From IMG/VR virus record IMGVR_UViG_3300033076_000501, positions 1 to 47,385 of that record: a DNA stretch of 47,385 bases; one strand, given 5' to 3'. The notes beneath the pieces are model-generated. The model was not told the origin of the DNA. It was given only the letters and a program-made list of their open reading frames with translations, and searched no databases. Source of the stretch: a virus (Duplodnaviria; Caudoviricetes). Below, piece after piece: positions 16,709-26,188 of this stretch. Positions within the stretch are counted from its first letter, which is position 1. Every line of letters starts with the position of its first letter. The translations under genes were made by a program, and so were the position numbers.

Positions 16709-18096
16709 GAACATACAGTAAACGAATTGGTTTCTTAGTTAGTTATCAAACATTGATACCGCACGGTGGTATTGGTCAATTCACAAAGAGTTTTTGTGAA
16801 TTGATGGATGAACATAACATCAAAGTTGATATCATCACTGATAAGAACCCTAGTAGGATTGATGCTGATTTTGTTAAATCCCTAAAGGCTAATATTATTT
16901 ACCCTGATAACCCTATCGGGAAAGAAGCCGATATTGCAAAAAACAAAAGGTCAGATTACGGGGAACATAGTGCTATCTTTATGTACGGTGACACATTTTG
17001 CTATGAGCGCATGGCAAACTTTCGCAACAGTATTATAAAAGCATTGGAGCACAATATATACGATGCGTTTGTCTGTAACACATACGAAACAGTCCAAGTG
17101 GCAAGTACAATGGGTCTCGAAGATGTTATCCAAATCATTGCTTATACTCATTTAGAAAGTCAAATTTTTAATTGGACAAAGAATCCATTCTTAAAGAATA
17201 CCAATGAGATGATGCGACTACAGTTACAAGTAAGTTCATTATATGTTGGCACACAAAGTAAATTTAACCATCTTGAATTAGAAGATAGAATTTCAATAAA
17301 CAATGTTTGTCACTTACCTATCCCTATCACAGAAAGAGATTTACTAACAGAGTATCAAGGTGAGCGTGAAGGCATCTTGTTCGTAGGTCGTTGGGAAGAA
17401 GGCAAGAATCCAGAGTTGTTTATTGAGTTGATTGAGCAAACAGGACTACCTGCTAAAGTAATGACTAGTCCCAATGGCGTTAAGAAGTTTGAAGAACGCT
17501 TAGAAAAGATTGGTGCTAAGTATGATGTCCGTGCTAGTATCATTGGACAAGAGAAGGTAGACTTTATTAAGTCAAGCCGCATTGCTTTCAACCCTAGTAC
17601 AGTTGAGAGTTATGGCATGGCTTTCTATGAGCAACATATTCAATTACCAACACTTGTACTAACAGAGCAACGATGGACTGGTAACTTTAACAGTGATTAC
17701 TTTTACACTTGCACCAAGTTGACTATGGCCAAACGAGCAAAAGAGTTGTATGATAGTTTTGATACCTCTGAGAAATGGTATAACTTAGGTTCATTGGATC
17801 ATGCAAAACAACAAGAGGCAAATGTGTTTCACAAATGGAATACATGTTTCAATATGTTTGAATCAAAGCAATCTAACAGTAACACCGCTAAGATTCTAGA
17901 GAACACTACAGTTAAGTATAGTGATTTTATAAAAGACTTGGGAAGAAAAATTATCTGTATTGATGATTGTCGTTCGGCATTGACTAATCGTAGTAAATTC
18001 AGAGTTATCTACACAGACACCGATACTTATTTAACTAAAGATCCGTCATTTGAACCAACAGAGGAAGTAACAGGCGCAAGTTTGTTTCAATTTTAA
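16705..18096 (+). CDS. GT-B fold glycosyltransferase (GT4-like) with C-terminal extension
   Basis: N-terminal PHGGIG; ILFVGRWEEGKNP; PSTVESYGMAFYE (EX7E). Confidence 0.88.
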   Translation: MRTYSKRIGFLVSYQTLIPHGGIGQFTKSFCELMDEHNIKVDIITDKNPSRIDADFVKSLKANIIYPDNPIGKEADIAKNKRSDYGEHSAIFMYGDTFCYERMANFRNSIIKALEHNIYDAFVCNTYETVQVASTMGLEDVIQIIAYTHLESQIFNWTKNPFLKNTNEMMRLQLQVSSLYVGTQSKFNHLELEDRISINNVCHLPIPITERDLLTEYQGEREGILFVGRWEEGKNPELFIELIEQTGLPAKVMTSPNGVKKFEERLEKIGAKYDVRASIIGQEKVDFIKSSRIAFNPSTVESYGMAFYEQHIQLPTLVLTEQRWTGNFNSDYFYTCTKLTMAKRAKELYDSFDTSEKWYNLGSLDHAKQQEANVFHKWNTCFNMFESKQSNSNTAKILENTTVKYSDFIKDLGRKIICIDDCRSALTNRSKFRVIYTDTDTYLTKDPSFEPTEEVTGASLFQF

Positions 18097-18924
18097 ATGA
18101 AAAAAGTTTTAATCACTGGTAACTCAGGTTACATTGGTAGTCACTTGTCTAAATTGCTAGACAGTGAATATGAACTATGGGGTATGGACTTAAACAATCC
18201 ACAGTATCCAATCAAACATCATCGTAAACATGACATTAGACAAAACTTGCCAGCTAATACTAATGAGTTTGACTGTGTGATTCACTTAGCCGCACTAGTG
18301 AATGTTGGGCAGAGTGAGACACACCCAACTGACTATTACATGACAAACTTCTGTGGTACGTTGAATGTGATGAATGCAGTAAAGTTTAAAAGTTTTATTT
18401 TTGCAAGCACTGGGGCTGCTGAATATTGCCACAGTGCATATGGTACTAGTAAGAAAGCGGCAGAAGATTGCGTCCGTGAATGGTGTACATACAAGAACAT
18501 TCCATACACTACATTCAGATTCTACAATGTGATTGGATCAGATGGATTTAGTCCTACTAACCCTGATGGTTTAATGTCAAACTTAATCAAAGCAGTAGAC
18601 ACAGGCACATTTACTATTCATGGTACTGACTATGATGTGAGTGAAGATGGTACGTGTGTGCGTGACTATGTCCATGTCATGGAAATATGTGATGCTATCA
18701 AAACAGCGATTGAGCAACCGAGTAACAAGATTGAATGTCTAGGACACGGTGTAGGCTACACAGTCAAAGAAATGGTTAACTTGTTCCAAAAAGTGAATGA
18801 TGTAGACTTTTGTATTAGTTCTGGACCTCGTAGGAAGGGAGACCTTCCGTCTAGTGTACTGGAAGACGTTAGCCCATATATGAAAAGCATTTACTCTATT
18901 GAGGACTTGCTTAAAATTAAATAA
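18097..18924 (+). CDS. NAD-dependent nucleotide-sugar epimerase/dehydratase (GalE-like)
   Basis: TGNSGYIGSH, IHLAA, YGTSK (YxxxK), RFYNV, DGTCVRDYVHV, RRKGD. Confidence 0.92.
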   Translation: MKKVLITGNSGYIGSHLSKLLDSEYELWGMDLNNPQYPIKHHRKHDIRQNLPANTNEFDCVIHLAALVNVGQSETHPTDYYMTNFCGTLNVMNAVKFKSFIFASTGAAEYCHSAYGTSKKAAEDCVREWCTYKNIPYTTFRFYNVIGSDGFSPTNPDGLMSNLIKAVDTGTFTIHGTDYDVSEDGTCVRDYVHVMEICDAIKTAIEQPSNKIECLGHGVGYTVKEMVNLFQKVNDVDFCISSGPRRKGDLPSSVLEDVSPYMKSIYSIEDLLKIK

Positions 18925-19967
18925 TGTGCTATACTATGCACATGACTACATTCAATCCATCCATCAAACGTATCGGCTTTGCTTGCAAGTGGGCTGAAAT
19001 CAACAAAAAAGGCGAGATTGCCAGTGCTGAGGGTCTTAACACAGGCGGCACCACTCTTGCTTGGGCTAAACGCAACAATCGTAGCATTGTGGAACAAAAG
19101 ATTATTGACGTTGCAAAAACTAACATTGTCAATACCCACAATCTCTTGAAGAAGGTCGCAACACTTCCTCCTGAGCTACGAATGTTGCGTATCACGTCCG
19201 ACATGCTAAGTTTTTACACACATGATGACTATACTGACTTCTGGCAGTCTCAAAATACTCAAGATTCTCTTTCACGTTGGTTCGCCCCATTGGGTGAAAC
19301 AATCCGCAATAACGATATCCGTGTGTCTTTTCACCCTGACCAGTTTGTCGTACTCGCAAGCGAGTCAGAAGGCATTGTTAACAAATCAATAACTGAATTT
19401 GAATATCACGCTGATATGGCACGCATGATGGGCTTTGGTCAGAAGTTTCAGGATATCAAAATTAACGTTCACATTAGTGGGCGCAAAGGTGCTCAAGGTA
19501 TTCGTGACGTATACAATCGTCTGTCTCCCGAAGCACGTAACTCATTAACTATCGAAAACGAAGAATATACACATGGTCTCGATGATTGTCTCAGCCTTGC
19601 TGATTTGGTTCCTATTGTGCTTGACATACATCACAATTGGGTACGTGAAGGGGTATACATTGACCCAGCTAGTGATAGCGTTAAACGGGTGGTGGATAGT
19701 TGGCGCGGTGTACGTCCTACTTGCCATTATTCTGTCAGTAGGGAAGATGTCCTCGTTGGACATGCAACAAACGTTCGACCTGACCGAGACGTTCTCTTGG
19801 AATCTAAGTACAATAAACAAAAACTTAGAGCCCATAGTGACTATTATTGGAACGAAGCAGTAAACGACTGGGCTATGAGTTTCCGTGACCAGTTCGACAT
19901 TATGTGTGAGTCTAAGGCTAAAAATCTTGCAACGCAAAAATTGTACGATAAGTATATAAATGTTTGA
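18924..19967 (+). CDS. uvsE: UV damage endonuclease (UvsE/UVDE)
   Basis: RIGFAC, RITSD, SFHPDQF, NVHISG, IENEE, LDIHH, HYS, AHSD, DIMCESKAKNLA. Confidence 0.92.
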   Translation: MCYTMHMTTFNPSIKRIGFACKWAEINKKGEIASAEGLNTGGTTLAWAKRNNRSIVEQKIIDVAKTNIVNTHNLLKKVATLPPELRMLRITSDMLSFYTHDDYTDFWQSQNTQDSLSRWFAPLGETIRNNDIRVSFHPDQFVVLASESEGIVNKSITEFEYHADMARMMGFGQKFQDIKINVHISGRKGAQGIRDVYNRLSPEARNSLTIENEEYTHGLDDCLSLADLVPIVLDIHHNWVREGVYIDPASDSVKRVVDSWRGVRPTCHYSVSREDVLVGHATNVRPDRDVLLESKYNKQKLRAHSDYYWNEAVNDWAMSFRDQFDIMCESKAKNLATQKLYDKYINV

Positions 19968-20358
19968 TAAACTAAAAAACTATTTCAAGAAGCCCGAGCC
20001 TCCCAAGAAGGAAGCACCTAAGCCTAAAAAGAAAGAGCTAACACCAAAAGAGTTAGCTACTCAAGCAGGCGAACCCTATGTGAATATCGTTAGTATGGAA
20101 GTTGATGCTAACAACATTCACGAGGGTGCTTTTGAACTAGACTGGAACAGTATGTTCATTACTCAACTTGTGAAAGCTGGGTACATGAAGAAAAAAGAAG
20201 ATACTGACCAGGATATCGTAGACCGTTGGTTCCAAGATGTGTGTCGCAATGTCGCACTCGAAATGTACGAACAAAAGATTGCCGACCCTGAAAATCGTAA
20301 CGATTTGAGAACGATTCACAATAAGGATCTAGGTAACGGTCGTACAGAAGTAAGCTAA
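19960..20358 (+). CDS. Hypothetical phage protein
   Basis: 132-aa ORF containing GAFELDWN...VDRWF; a TAAGTA box lies just upstream. Confidence 0.7.
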   Translation: MFDKLKNYFKKPEPPKKEAPKPKKKELTPKELATQAGEPYVNIVSMEVDANNIHEGAFELDWNSMFITQLVKAGYMKKKEDTDQDIVDRWFQDVCRNVALEMYEQKIADPENRNDLRTIHNKDLGNGRTEVS

Positions 20359-20400
20359 AAGTACTCATTTGTTGTATTTTTACAATATACAACAACAGGC

Positions 20401-20429
20401 TTGACAAAATACCATATCGGTGATATACT
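20401..20429 (+). promoter_or_regulatory. Sigma70-type promoter
   Basis: TTGACA-17 nt-TATACT. Confidence 0.7.
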
Positions 20430-20495
20430 ATCTTCAGTTTAGTAATAGTGCTAAACAGTTTTGACACAACAAGGTGTCTCTTAAAGGAAATTAGT

Positions 20496-20789
20496 ATGAA
20501 AAAAGTATGGGAAGTTTTAGTCTCTTATGAGAACGATAAAAGTGATGTTCGTTGCCGCTCTGACATTGACACGCATTCACTAAAAGGGTTCACACGCCTT
20601 GCTAACGGCGATGTTGAGCATAAATTAGTAGGCACAGACTTTGTGCGTACCTTCAAAGTAGTGTATACTAGCACTAATAAACGTGACGCTGACCATTTTG
20701 CAGAGACAATGCGAATGGCATATTCATATCGCAAAGTGGATCGTTCTATCATGCGTCAAGAATTCATCAAACTCAATAGCGGAGAATAA
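20496..20789 (+). CDS. Hypothetical protein
   Basis: AAGGA ribosome-binding site before ATG 20496. Confidence 0.65.
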   Translation: MKKVWEVLVSYENDKSDVRCRSDIDTHSLKGFTRLANGDVEHKLVGTDFVRTFKVVYTSTNKRDADHFAETMRMAYSYRKVDRSIMRQEFIKLNSGE

Positions 20790-20791
20790 TA

Positions 20792-22045
20792 ATGGCTACA
20801 AAGAAAACGTTCAAATTTGACCAGTGGACACCAAACACTACTGCACATACTGCTAAAAACAAGCCAGCAGACGTTTGTGCCCCGGTAGCCGACAAAGACC
20901 GCTTTGTCCCCCTCAATAAACGTAGCATGGATATGATTGAGCGCCGAGGCGATGAAATTCGCAAAGCTATCAAGGCATTGGAATCTAAGTACAAAAACAA
21001 CAAGACAGATTATAAAGACATGCCAGTGGTCATTAAAGTCCCTATGGGTGACTGTATGATTGTTACTGACTTACAACGTGAGGCAGAAGAAGACCATATT
21101 ATTCACGACATTATGGTACCTTGGGATTCTCGTTTCTTCACTACACCGCGTGGTGCTTGGGATCCTGTACAAAAGAAATATGGTATTACTGAAGGTCAAC
21201 AACGTGTATTGGCATTTCGTGACCGAATTCGAATGGGATTAGTCAAAGGCATCAACCCCAATGACTGGGAAAAAGTAACTATCAATTTAGAAATCATTAA
21301 TTTGGAACTCAAAAACGGTGTAGTTGACTATGGTCCCGAACGCCGTGTGTTCAATATCGAGAACGGTGAAAAACTGCCAGTATCTCAAATTGATAAATTC
21401 AAAAACGAAGTTCATGGTAAGAACATGGACAGCCCTAATGCTCAAACTTATGAAGAATTTGAACAGGCTGCATTAGTATACGCAGATATGTTGGCTGCTG
21501 GCATCACACCTACAGCAACAGAAGGTAAGAATGCAAACAAAGCAGGTGCATGGAAGCATGTTGCGTATGTGCGTACTGATGCGAAAGGTAAAGGTAACAA
21601 GCCTAAACTCAATCGCAAACAGTTGAAGCAAATTTACAAACGCCATAACGCATATTCATTCCAAGAGCCAGTATCGGCAATTGAATTACTTCCTATCTTG
21701 GAACTTGATGAAGAAATTGAAAACTTCAGTTGGTACAACAAAGACGATAAAAAGAAAGTGGCAGAAGCAGAAAAGTTCCGCAAGAACTTGAATGCGACTG
21801 TGCATAGTGTGTGGCATGGTTGGGAAGCATACATGAAGTTTGCACAAAAAGTTTGGGTTCGCCGATATAAGAAAATCGGTGCAAAAGAACAAACTCCAGC
21901 AGATTGGTCACTCGCTTTGTTGATTCAATTAGTACAAAAAGCAGGTTACACATACCCGGGTATTGACAAATCTTGGTATATGAAGTATACTGCACCTAGC
22001 GGTTGGGATTGCTTGACTGCTGATGAACAAGCATTATTTCTATGA
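20792..22045 (+). CDS. ParB/Srx-like (DGQHR/DUF262-type) domain protein
   Basis: DLQRE...H, YGITEGQQRVLA (a variant of DGQxR), and a downstream ERRVFNIEN. Confidence 0.55.
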   Translation: MATKKTFKFDQWTPNTTAHTAKNKPADVCAPVADKDRFVPLNKRSMDMIERRGDEIRKAIKALESKYKNNKTDYKDMPVVIKVPMGDCMIVTDLQREAEEDHIIHDIMVPWDSRFFTTPRGAWDPVQKKYGITEGQQRVLAFRDRIRMGLVKGINPNDWEKVTINLEIINLELKNGVVDYGPERRVFNIENGEKLPVSQIDKFKNEVHGKNMDSPNAQTYEEFEQAALVYADMLAAGITPTATEGKNANKAGAWKHVAYVRTDAKGKGNKPKLNRKQLKQIYKRHNAYSFQEPVSAIELLPILELDEEIENFSWYNKDDKKKVAEAEKFRKNLNATVHSVWHGWEAYMKFAQKVWVRRYKKIGAKEQTPADWSLALLIQLVQKAGYTYPGIDKSWYMKYTAPSGWDCLTADEQALFL

Positions 22046-22488
22046 AAAAAGTAACAGCACCTCAGGATCACTTTTACATTGCTCTCATTCATGGGCAATG
22101 TAAGGGTGGGAAAACTAGTAACATTTACAACCGTTTTGGTAACAGTCAGTATAATGCTGGTAAATTTGACAATAGCCCATCGTTTGTCTATTTTGCTGTA
22201 CCTAGTATTGTATTTCCGATTGACCGTTTAGAAACAATCTATGAACGTGAGTTTGCTGATTTCTTGATTCCATCAAAGAACAATTTCAGAAAACCCACTG
22301 AATACATCGACAAAAAACATGACCAAATCACAGTGGATGTGATTCGTGATGTAATTGAAGGTTCGATTAAGTCAGAAAAACTCCCTATCAAGCGATTGAA
22401 GAAAGATTTCCTTCTTACTTGTCAGATTGACAACGAACTAGCCCAAAAAGTACGTGACGACCCTGAGAAGTATTTGGAAGATATTTAA
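22042..22488 (+). CDS. Possible GIY-YIG/T5orf172-like nuclease
   Basis: FYIA...KGGKTSNIYNRF...Y...LE...TEYI pattern. Confidence 0.4.
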   Translation: MKKVTAPQDHFYIALIHGQCKGGKTSNIYNRFGNSQYNAGKFDNSPSFVYFAVPSIVFPIDRLETIYEREFADFLIPSKNNFRKPTEYIDKKHDQITVDVIRDVIEGSIKSEKLPIKRLKKDFLLTCQIDNELAQKVRDDPEKYLEDI

Positions 22489-22489
22489 C

Positions 22490-22518
22490 TTGACAACAAA
22501 CTATAATATGTGTATAAT
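22490..22518 (+). promoter_or_regulatory. Sigma70-type promoter
   Basis: TTGACA-17 nt-TATAAT. Confidence 0.75.
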
Positions 22519-22550
22519 TTACGCATATTATACACATACATAAGGAACAT

Positions 22551-23564
22551 ATGGCACGTTACGCACTGATTGATACTGCAAATACATTCTTCCGCGCACG
22601 ACATGTTGCGAGTAGGGGTATGGACGAATGGGCTAAGCTGGGAATGGCATTGCATCTTACACTCGCAAGCACTAACATGGTTGTAAAAAATCATAAGATT
22701 GACCACGTTGTCTTTATGCTGGAGGGAAAATCGTGGCGGAAGTCTATCTACCCTCAATACAAGGCACATCGTGCTGTTGCTAATCAAGCAATGACTGAGG
22801 CTGAAAAAGAAGAAAACGAATTATTTTGGCAAACGTATGAAGTCTTTACAGAATTTTTGAAGACCAAAACAAACTGTAGTGTCCTTCGTCACCCAGAGGC
22901 TGAAGCTGATGACTTGATTGCACGTTTCATCGCATTGCATCCTGACGACACCCACGTGATAGTCAGCACAGATGGAGACTACAACCAACTTTTGGCAGAA
23001 AACGTTATGCAATATAACGGTGTGACTAACGAACTTATCACACTATCCGGATACTTTAAAGACAATGGGAAGCAAGTCTTGACTAAAGACAAGACACCTA
23101 AATTGTTAGAAGGTACTCCTGATTATATGCTATTCAAAAAGGTCATTCGTGGTGACGCAGGTGACAACGTGTTCAGTGCATATCCGGGTGTACGTGAGAA
23201 AGGTACTAAGAATAGTGTTGGTATCATGGAAGCATACGAGGATCGCAATAGTCAAGGCTATAAGTGGAACAATTTCATGCTCCAACGCTGGACGGATCAC
23301 AATGGTGTTGAGCATCGTGTCAAGGACAGATATGAGCTTAATAAAACACTTATTGACCTTAATGCTCAACCTCAGGATATCAAGGATAAGGTTGATGCAA
23401 CCATTCGCAGTGACTTGAAAGTAACAGTTACTCCTCAAGTTGGTCTTCACTTTATGAAGTTTTGTGGCAAGTATGAATTACAGAAAATATCTGACCAAGC
23501 TACGAGCTATGCTCAGTGGCTTAATAGCGAATATAAAGGTACGCTACATGAACAAACTACCTAA
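22551..23564 (+). CDS. rnh: 5'-3' exonuclease / T4 RNase H-like
   Basis: LIDTAN, SWRKSIYPQYKAHR, EADDLIA, STDGDYNQL, RGDAGDNV. Confidence 0.92.
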   Translation: MARYALIDTANTFFRARHVASRGMDEWAKLGMALHLTLASTNMVVKNHKIDHVVFMLEGKSWRKSIYPQYKAHRAVANQAMTEAEKEENELFWQTYEVFTEFLKTKTNCSVLRHPEAEADDLIARFIALHPDDTHVIVSTDGDYNQLLAENVMQYNGVTNELITLSGYFKDNGKQVLTKDKTPKLLEGTPDYMLFKKVIRGDAGDNVFSAYPGVREKGTKNSVGIMEAYEDRNSQGYKWNNFMLQRWTDHNGVEHRVKDRYELNKTLIDLNAQPQDIKDKVDATIRSDLKVTVTPQVGLHFMKFCGKYELQKISDQATSYAQWLNSEYKGTLHEQTT

Positions 23565-23775
23565 TCAGGTATACGCTGGTCTCTTTGAGATTTTAAAAGA
23601 CCAGCGTCTATACTATCATAGTGCAATCGGCGCGGATTATTGCCGTCTCACTGATGAAGGTAAAGAGGAAGTTATCAAGTGGATTACTTTAATGGCTCCT
23701 CAAATGTTTAAATTAGAACAAGCAGAATTGGATGCACGTGCTAAGAAACTAGTTTGGGAAGAATTGAAAAAATGA
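23548..23775 (+). CDS. Hypothetical protein
   Basis: AAGG ribosome-binding site; operon context. Confidence 0.6.
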   Translation: MNKLPNQVYAGLFEILKDQRLYYHSAIGADYCRLTDEGKEEVIKWITLMAPQMFKLEQAELDARAKKLVWEELKK

Positions 23776-23996
23776 TTGCCGAAAATACTAAGAGGGTAAA
23801 GAAGATTGAAAAGGGTGACAATGACTTTACCTTTGTTCATGGTCATGCGGTTTACTCTCGTGCCTGTCTCGAAATCTCAGCATTGTGCCCATCATATATG
23901 CGTATGATGATTGAACGTGCTATACTTGACGGGTACTTAAAGCCAGTAGCATACATGAAAGATACTGAATATATGTGGGAGAAACTTGCAGAATGA
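23772..23996 (+). CDS. Hypothetical protein
   Basis: ATGA coupling. Confidence 0.6.
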   Translation: MIAENTKRVKKIEKGDNDFTFVHGHAVYSRACLEISALCPSYMRMMIERAILDGYLKPVAYMKDTEYMWEKLAE

Positions 23997-24478
23997 CGAA
24001 GAAAATTTTCTACGAAAAGGTAGGACGTAGATACGTTCCAGTAAGTGAGTACGACCATGAGTTGTCGTATGCCTTGCCAAAAGGAACACACTTAATCATG
24101 GTCTATCCCGGTGGCAGTTCTACTCGCCACAAAGTTGACCCAATGTACGCACCACTAATTGCCGCAGGTAGAGTTGCAGAAGATGCGTTATCAAATGCTT
24201 TAGTTAAAGCAGGTGAATTGCGTTTGGGTTATAAATCTCGTGAACGTGTATTAACAGATGAACAACGTGAAGCATGGAATCATTTAGTAGAAGTGTTTGG
24301 AGATGATGCCAAACAACTAGAATGGCCCAGTGCTAGAGAAGTAGCAGAAGCAGGCTTAAAAGCATTAGAAGATGAAGCATTAAAGATGCTAGAAGTACCA
24401 GCAGTTAAAAAAGCCTATGAGCAATTTATGCTAGTATACAAATTAACAAAGGATGAAACAAATGAACTTAAAAGCTAA
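23993..24478 (+). CDS. Hypothetical phage protein
   Basis: ATGA coupling; 161 aa. Confidence 0.7.
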   Translation: MTKKIFYEKVGRRYVPVSEYDHELSYALPKGTHLIMVYPGGSSTRHKVDPMYAPLIAAGRVAEDALSNALVKAGELRLGYKSRERVLTDEQREAWNHLVEVFGDDAKQLEWPSAREVAEAGLKALEDEALKMLEVPAVKKAYEQFMLVYKLTKDETNELKS

Positions 24479-24920
24479 ACCAATCGTTAAAAACGAATTC
24501 TGGGTTGTTACTGATGGTAACAAAAAAGTAGGTAATGTGATTGCTGAAGGTAGTGGCTTTGATGTTAAGATTGGCAACAACATCCAACACTTTGATTCAA
24601 AGAAGCAAATCGAAAAGAAAGTTCAAATTGAGTTTGAACCAACACAAAAGCCAGTAAAAACAACAGAACCACTATTCTCTGTTTACCCAACCTCAAAGAA
24701 TCGTACATACAACCACATGTATGACGTTAAACGTAAACTACATTTGTTTACAGAGACACCCAAGAGCAAGTGTTATCATGCGGCAGGGTGGTTTGCAATG
24801 AAACAAGGTGATGAATTCACTCCAGTTCTTTGCCCTAAATATATTTTTGTTCAACGTTATGAGTACATGGGACCGTTTAAAACTGAGTCTGAGGTAAATA
24901 GTAGCATAAATAGTGTATGA
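24453..24920 (+). CDS. Hypothetical phage protein
   Basis: In-operon ORF containing KSKCYHAAGWF...CPK. Confidence 0.7.
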   Translation: MKQMNLKAKPIVKNEFWVVTDGNKKVGNVIAEGSGFDVKIGNNIQHFDSKKQIEKKVQIEFEPTQKPVKTTEPLFSVYPTSKNRTYNHMYDVKRKLHLFTETPKSKCYHAAGWFAMKQGDEFTPVLCPKYIFVQRYEYMGPFKTESEVNSSINSV

Positions 24921-25105
24921 CTAACATTAAAAAGTTCATTGACCGTGTTGCGATAGCAGACGGAAAGCAAAGCAGAGAAGTGTCTATGCTACTATCAGAT
25001 GCAAAAGCCTTGCGAGATGAAATTATGAAATTAATTATTGACAACCAACAGAAGAATAGTTCCGAAGTTGTAGAAGTCGTAATGCAAGGCGGTAAGTTTA
25101 AATGA
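24917..25105 (+). CDS. Hypothetical protein
   Basis: TAAATA box at 24907-24912; ATGA coupling. Confidence 0.65.
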   Translation: MTNIKKFIDRVAIADGKQSREVSMLLSDAKALRDEIMKLIIDNQQKNSSEVVEVVMQGGKFK

Positions 25106-25395
25106 GTAGAACACAACCAAAAGTTCTTATTGAACTAGTTGATAAAGCAACATATAAATGCGACCAAATCGTAGAGGCTGCAGGTATATGGGCTGTGTTT
25201 TACGACGGACAACCTATCAACTTAAAAAGTCAACACTACTTGGATAGCGAAGCTATACCTAAATATAAGAAAACTAGTTTCAGTAATCCAGGACATGCAC
25301 GTAACCTGTGTCGTAAACTAAACAAACAATTCAAGACGGATAAATTTAGTGTTGTGTTTATGAACAACGGCACAAAAGTTTATCCAGATGACTAA
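25102..25395 (+). CDS. Hypothetical phage protein
   Basis: ATGA coupling; contains KYKKTSFSNPGHA. Confidence 0.7.
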   Translation: MSRTQPKVLIELVDKATYKCDQIVEAAGIWAVFYDGQPINLKSQHYLDSEAIPKYKKTSFSNPGHARNLCRKLNKQFKTDKFSVVFMNNGTKVYPDD

Positions 25396-25765
25396 ACTAA
25401 CGTACAAAGAACAAATCACTCAAGCTGTGTTAGAACAACTTGATGATGATTTGTTGACGTTTGAACATGCCATGAAATCATGGTGGCAAAATCCCAGACG
25501 TGATGGTCCCTTACGTTTAACTAGTATAGGTGATTTAAGTTTTCGTCATGCTAAACTTGAACATCACGACCATCCCATCAAAACAAAAGACAAAAGCTAT
25601 TACCAGTTCATCATGGAACTTGGTAAAAAAATTAAATGTCCATACTATATTGATGTAAACACAGATGACAAGAAGCCATACATTCGCTTGTATGACGACC
25701 GTATAAGCATGATGCTAAACTTGTACGGAGATTTAGACACATATTTAAAATCAGTGAGAACATAA
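25388..25765 (+). CDS. Hypothetical phage protein
   Basis: Overlap-coupled ORF. Confidence 0.7.
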   Translation: MTKLTYKEQITQAVLEQLDDDLLTFEHAMKSWWQNPRRDGPLRLTSIGDLSFRHAKLEHHDHPIKTKDKSYYQFIMELGKKIKCPYYIDVNTDDKKPYIRLYDDRISMMLNLYGDLDTYLKSVRT

Positions 25766-25929
25766 TGACAGAAGAAAAGAAACCAAGTTTTTTAGACGCA
25801 ATTAAGGCAGTACAGTCGGTTAAGAATAAAGTACCGGCAGCTAAAGCAAAACTAATCCAACAAGAAAAGTTAAAGCAAAAGCCAGGATCTAATCGCCCAA
25901 CAAAAAGGGCATCAGGTCGCGGGAGCTAA
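25765..25929 (+). CDS. Small basic protein (54 aa)
   Basis: TAATG coupling; Lys-rich. Confidence 0.5.
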   Translation: MTEEKKPSFLDAIKAVQSVKNKVPAAKAKLIQQEKLKQKPGSNRPTKRASGRGS

Positions 25930-25978
25930 GTCAACTAAATACATGTCTAGTGCGTTATATATACATAGGAGATTAATT

Positions 25979-26188
25979 ATGAAACAACTACTCGCAATCG
26001 TTTTAGCCGCTTTCGCATTTACAGCATTCGCCGCAGATGCACCAGCAAAGTCAGAGCCAACTACATCAGAACATGGTGTTAAATTAGCAAAGAAGAAAGA
26101 CCATTCTAAGGACAAGAAGGTGGACGCCACTAAAAGTAAAGCGGATAAAAAAGCCGCTCCAAAAAAGTCCGATACTAAGTCAAAGTGA
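25979..26188 (+). CDS. Small secreted Lys/Ala-rich protein
   Basis: AGGAG ribosome-binding site; signal peptide MKQLLAIVLAAFAFTAFA-A. Confidence 0.7.
   Translation: MKQLLAIVLAAFAFTAFAADAPAKSEPTTSEHGVKLAKKKDHSKDKKVDATKSKADKKAAPKKSDTKSK

Noticed and set aside
26160-26178. A-AAA-AAG slippery heptamer as a -1 frameshift site
   Set aside because: The -1 frame reaches TAA within four codons. The long downstream frame is +1, so classical -1 slippage does not explain it.
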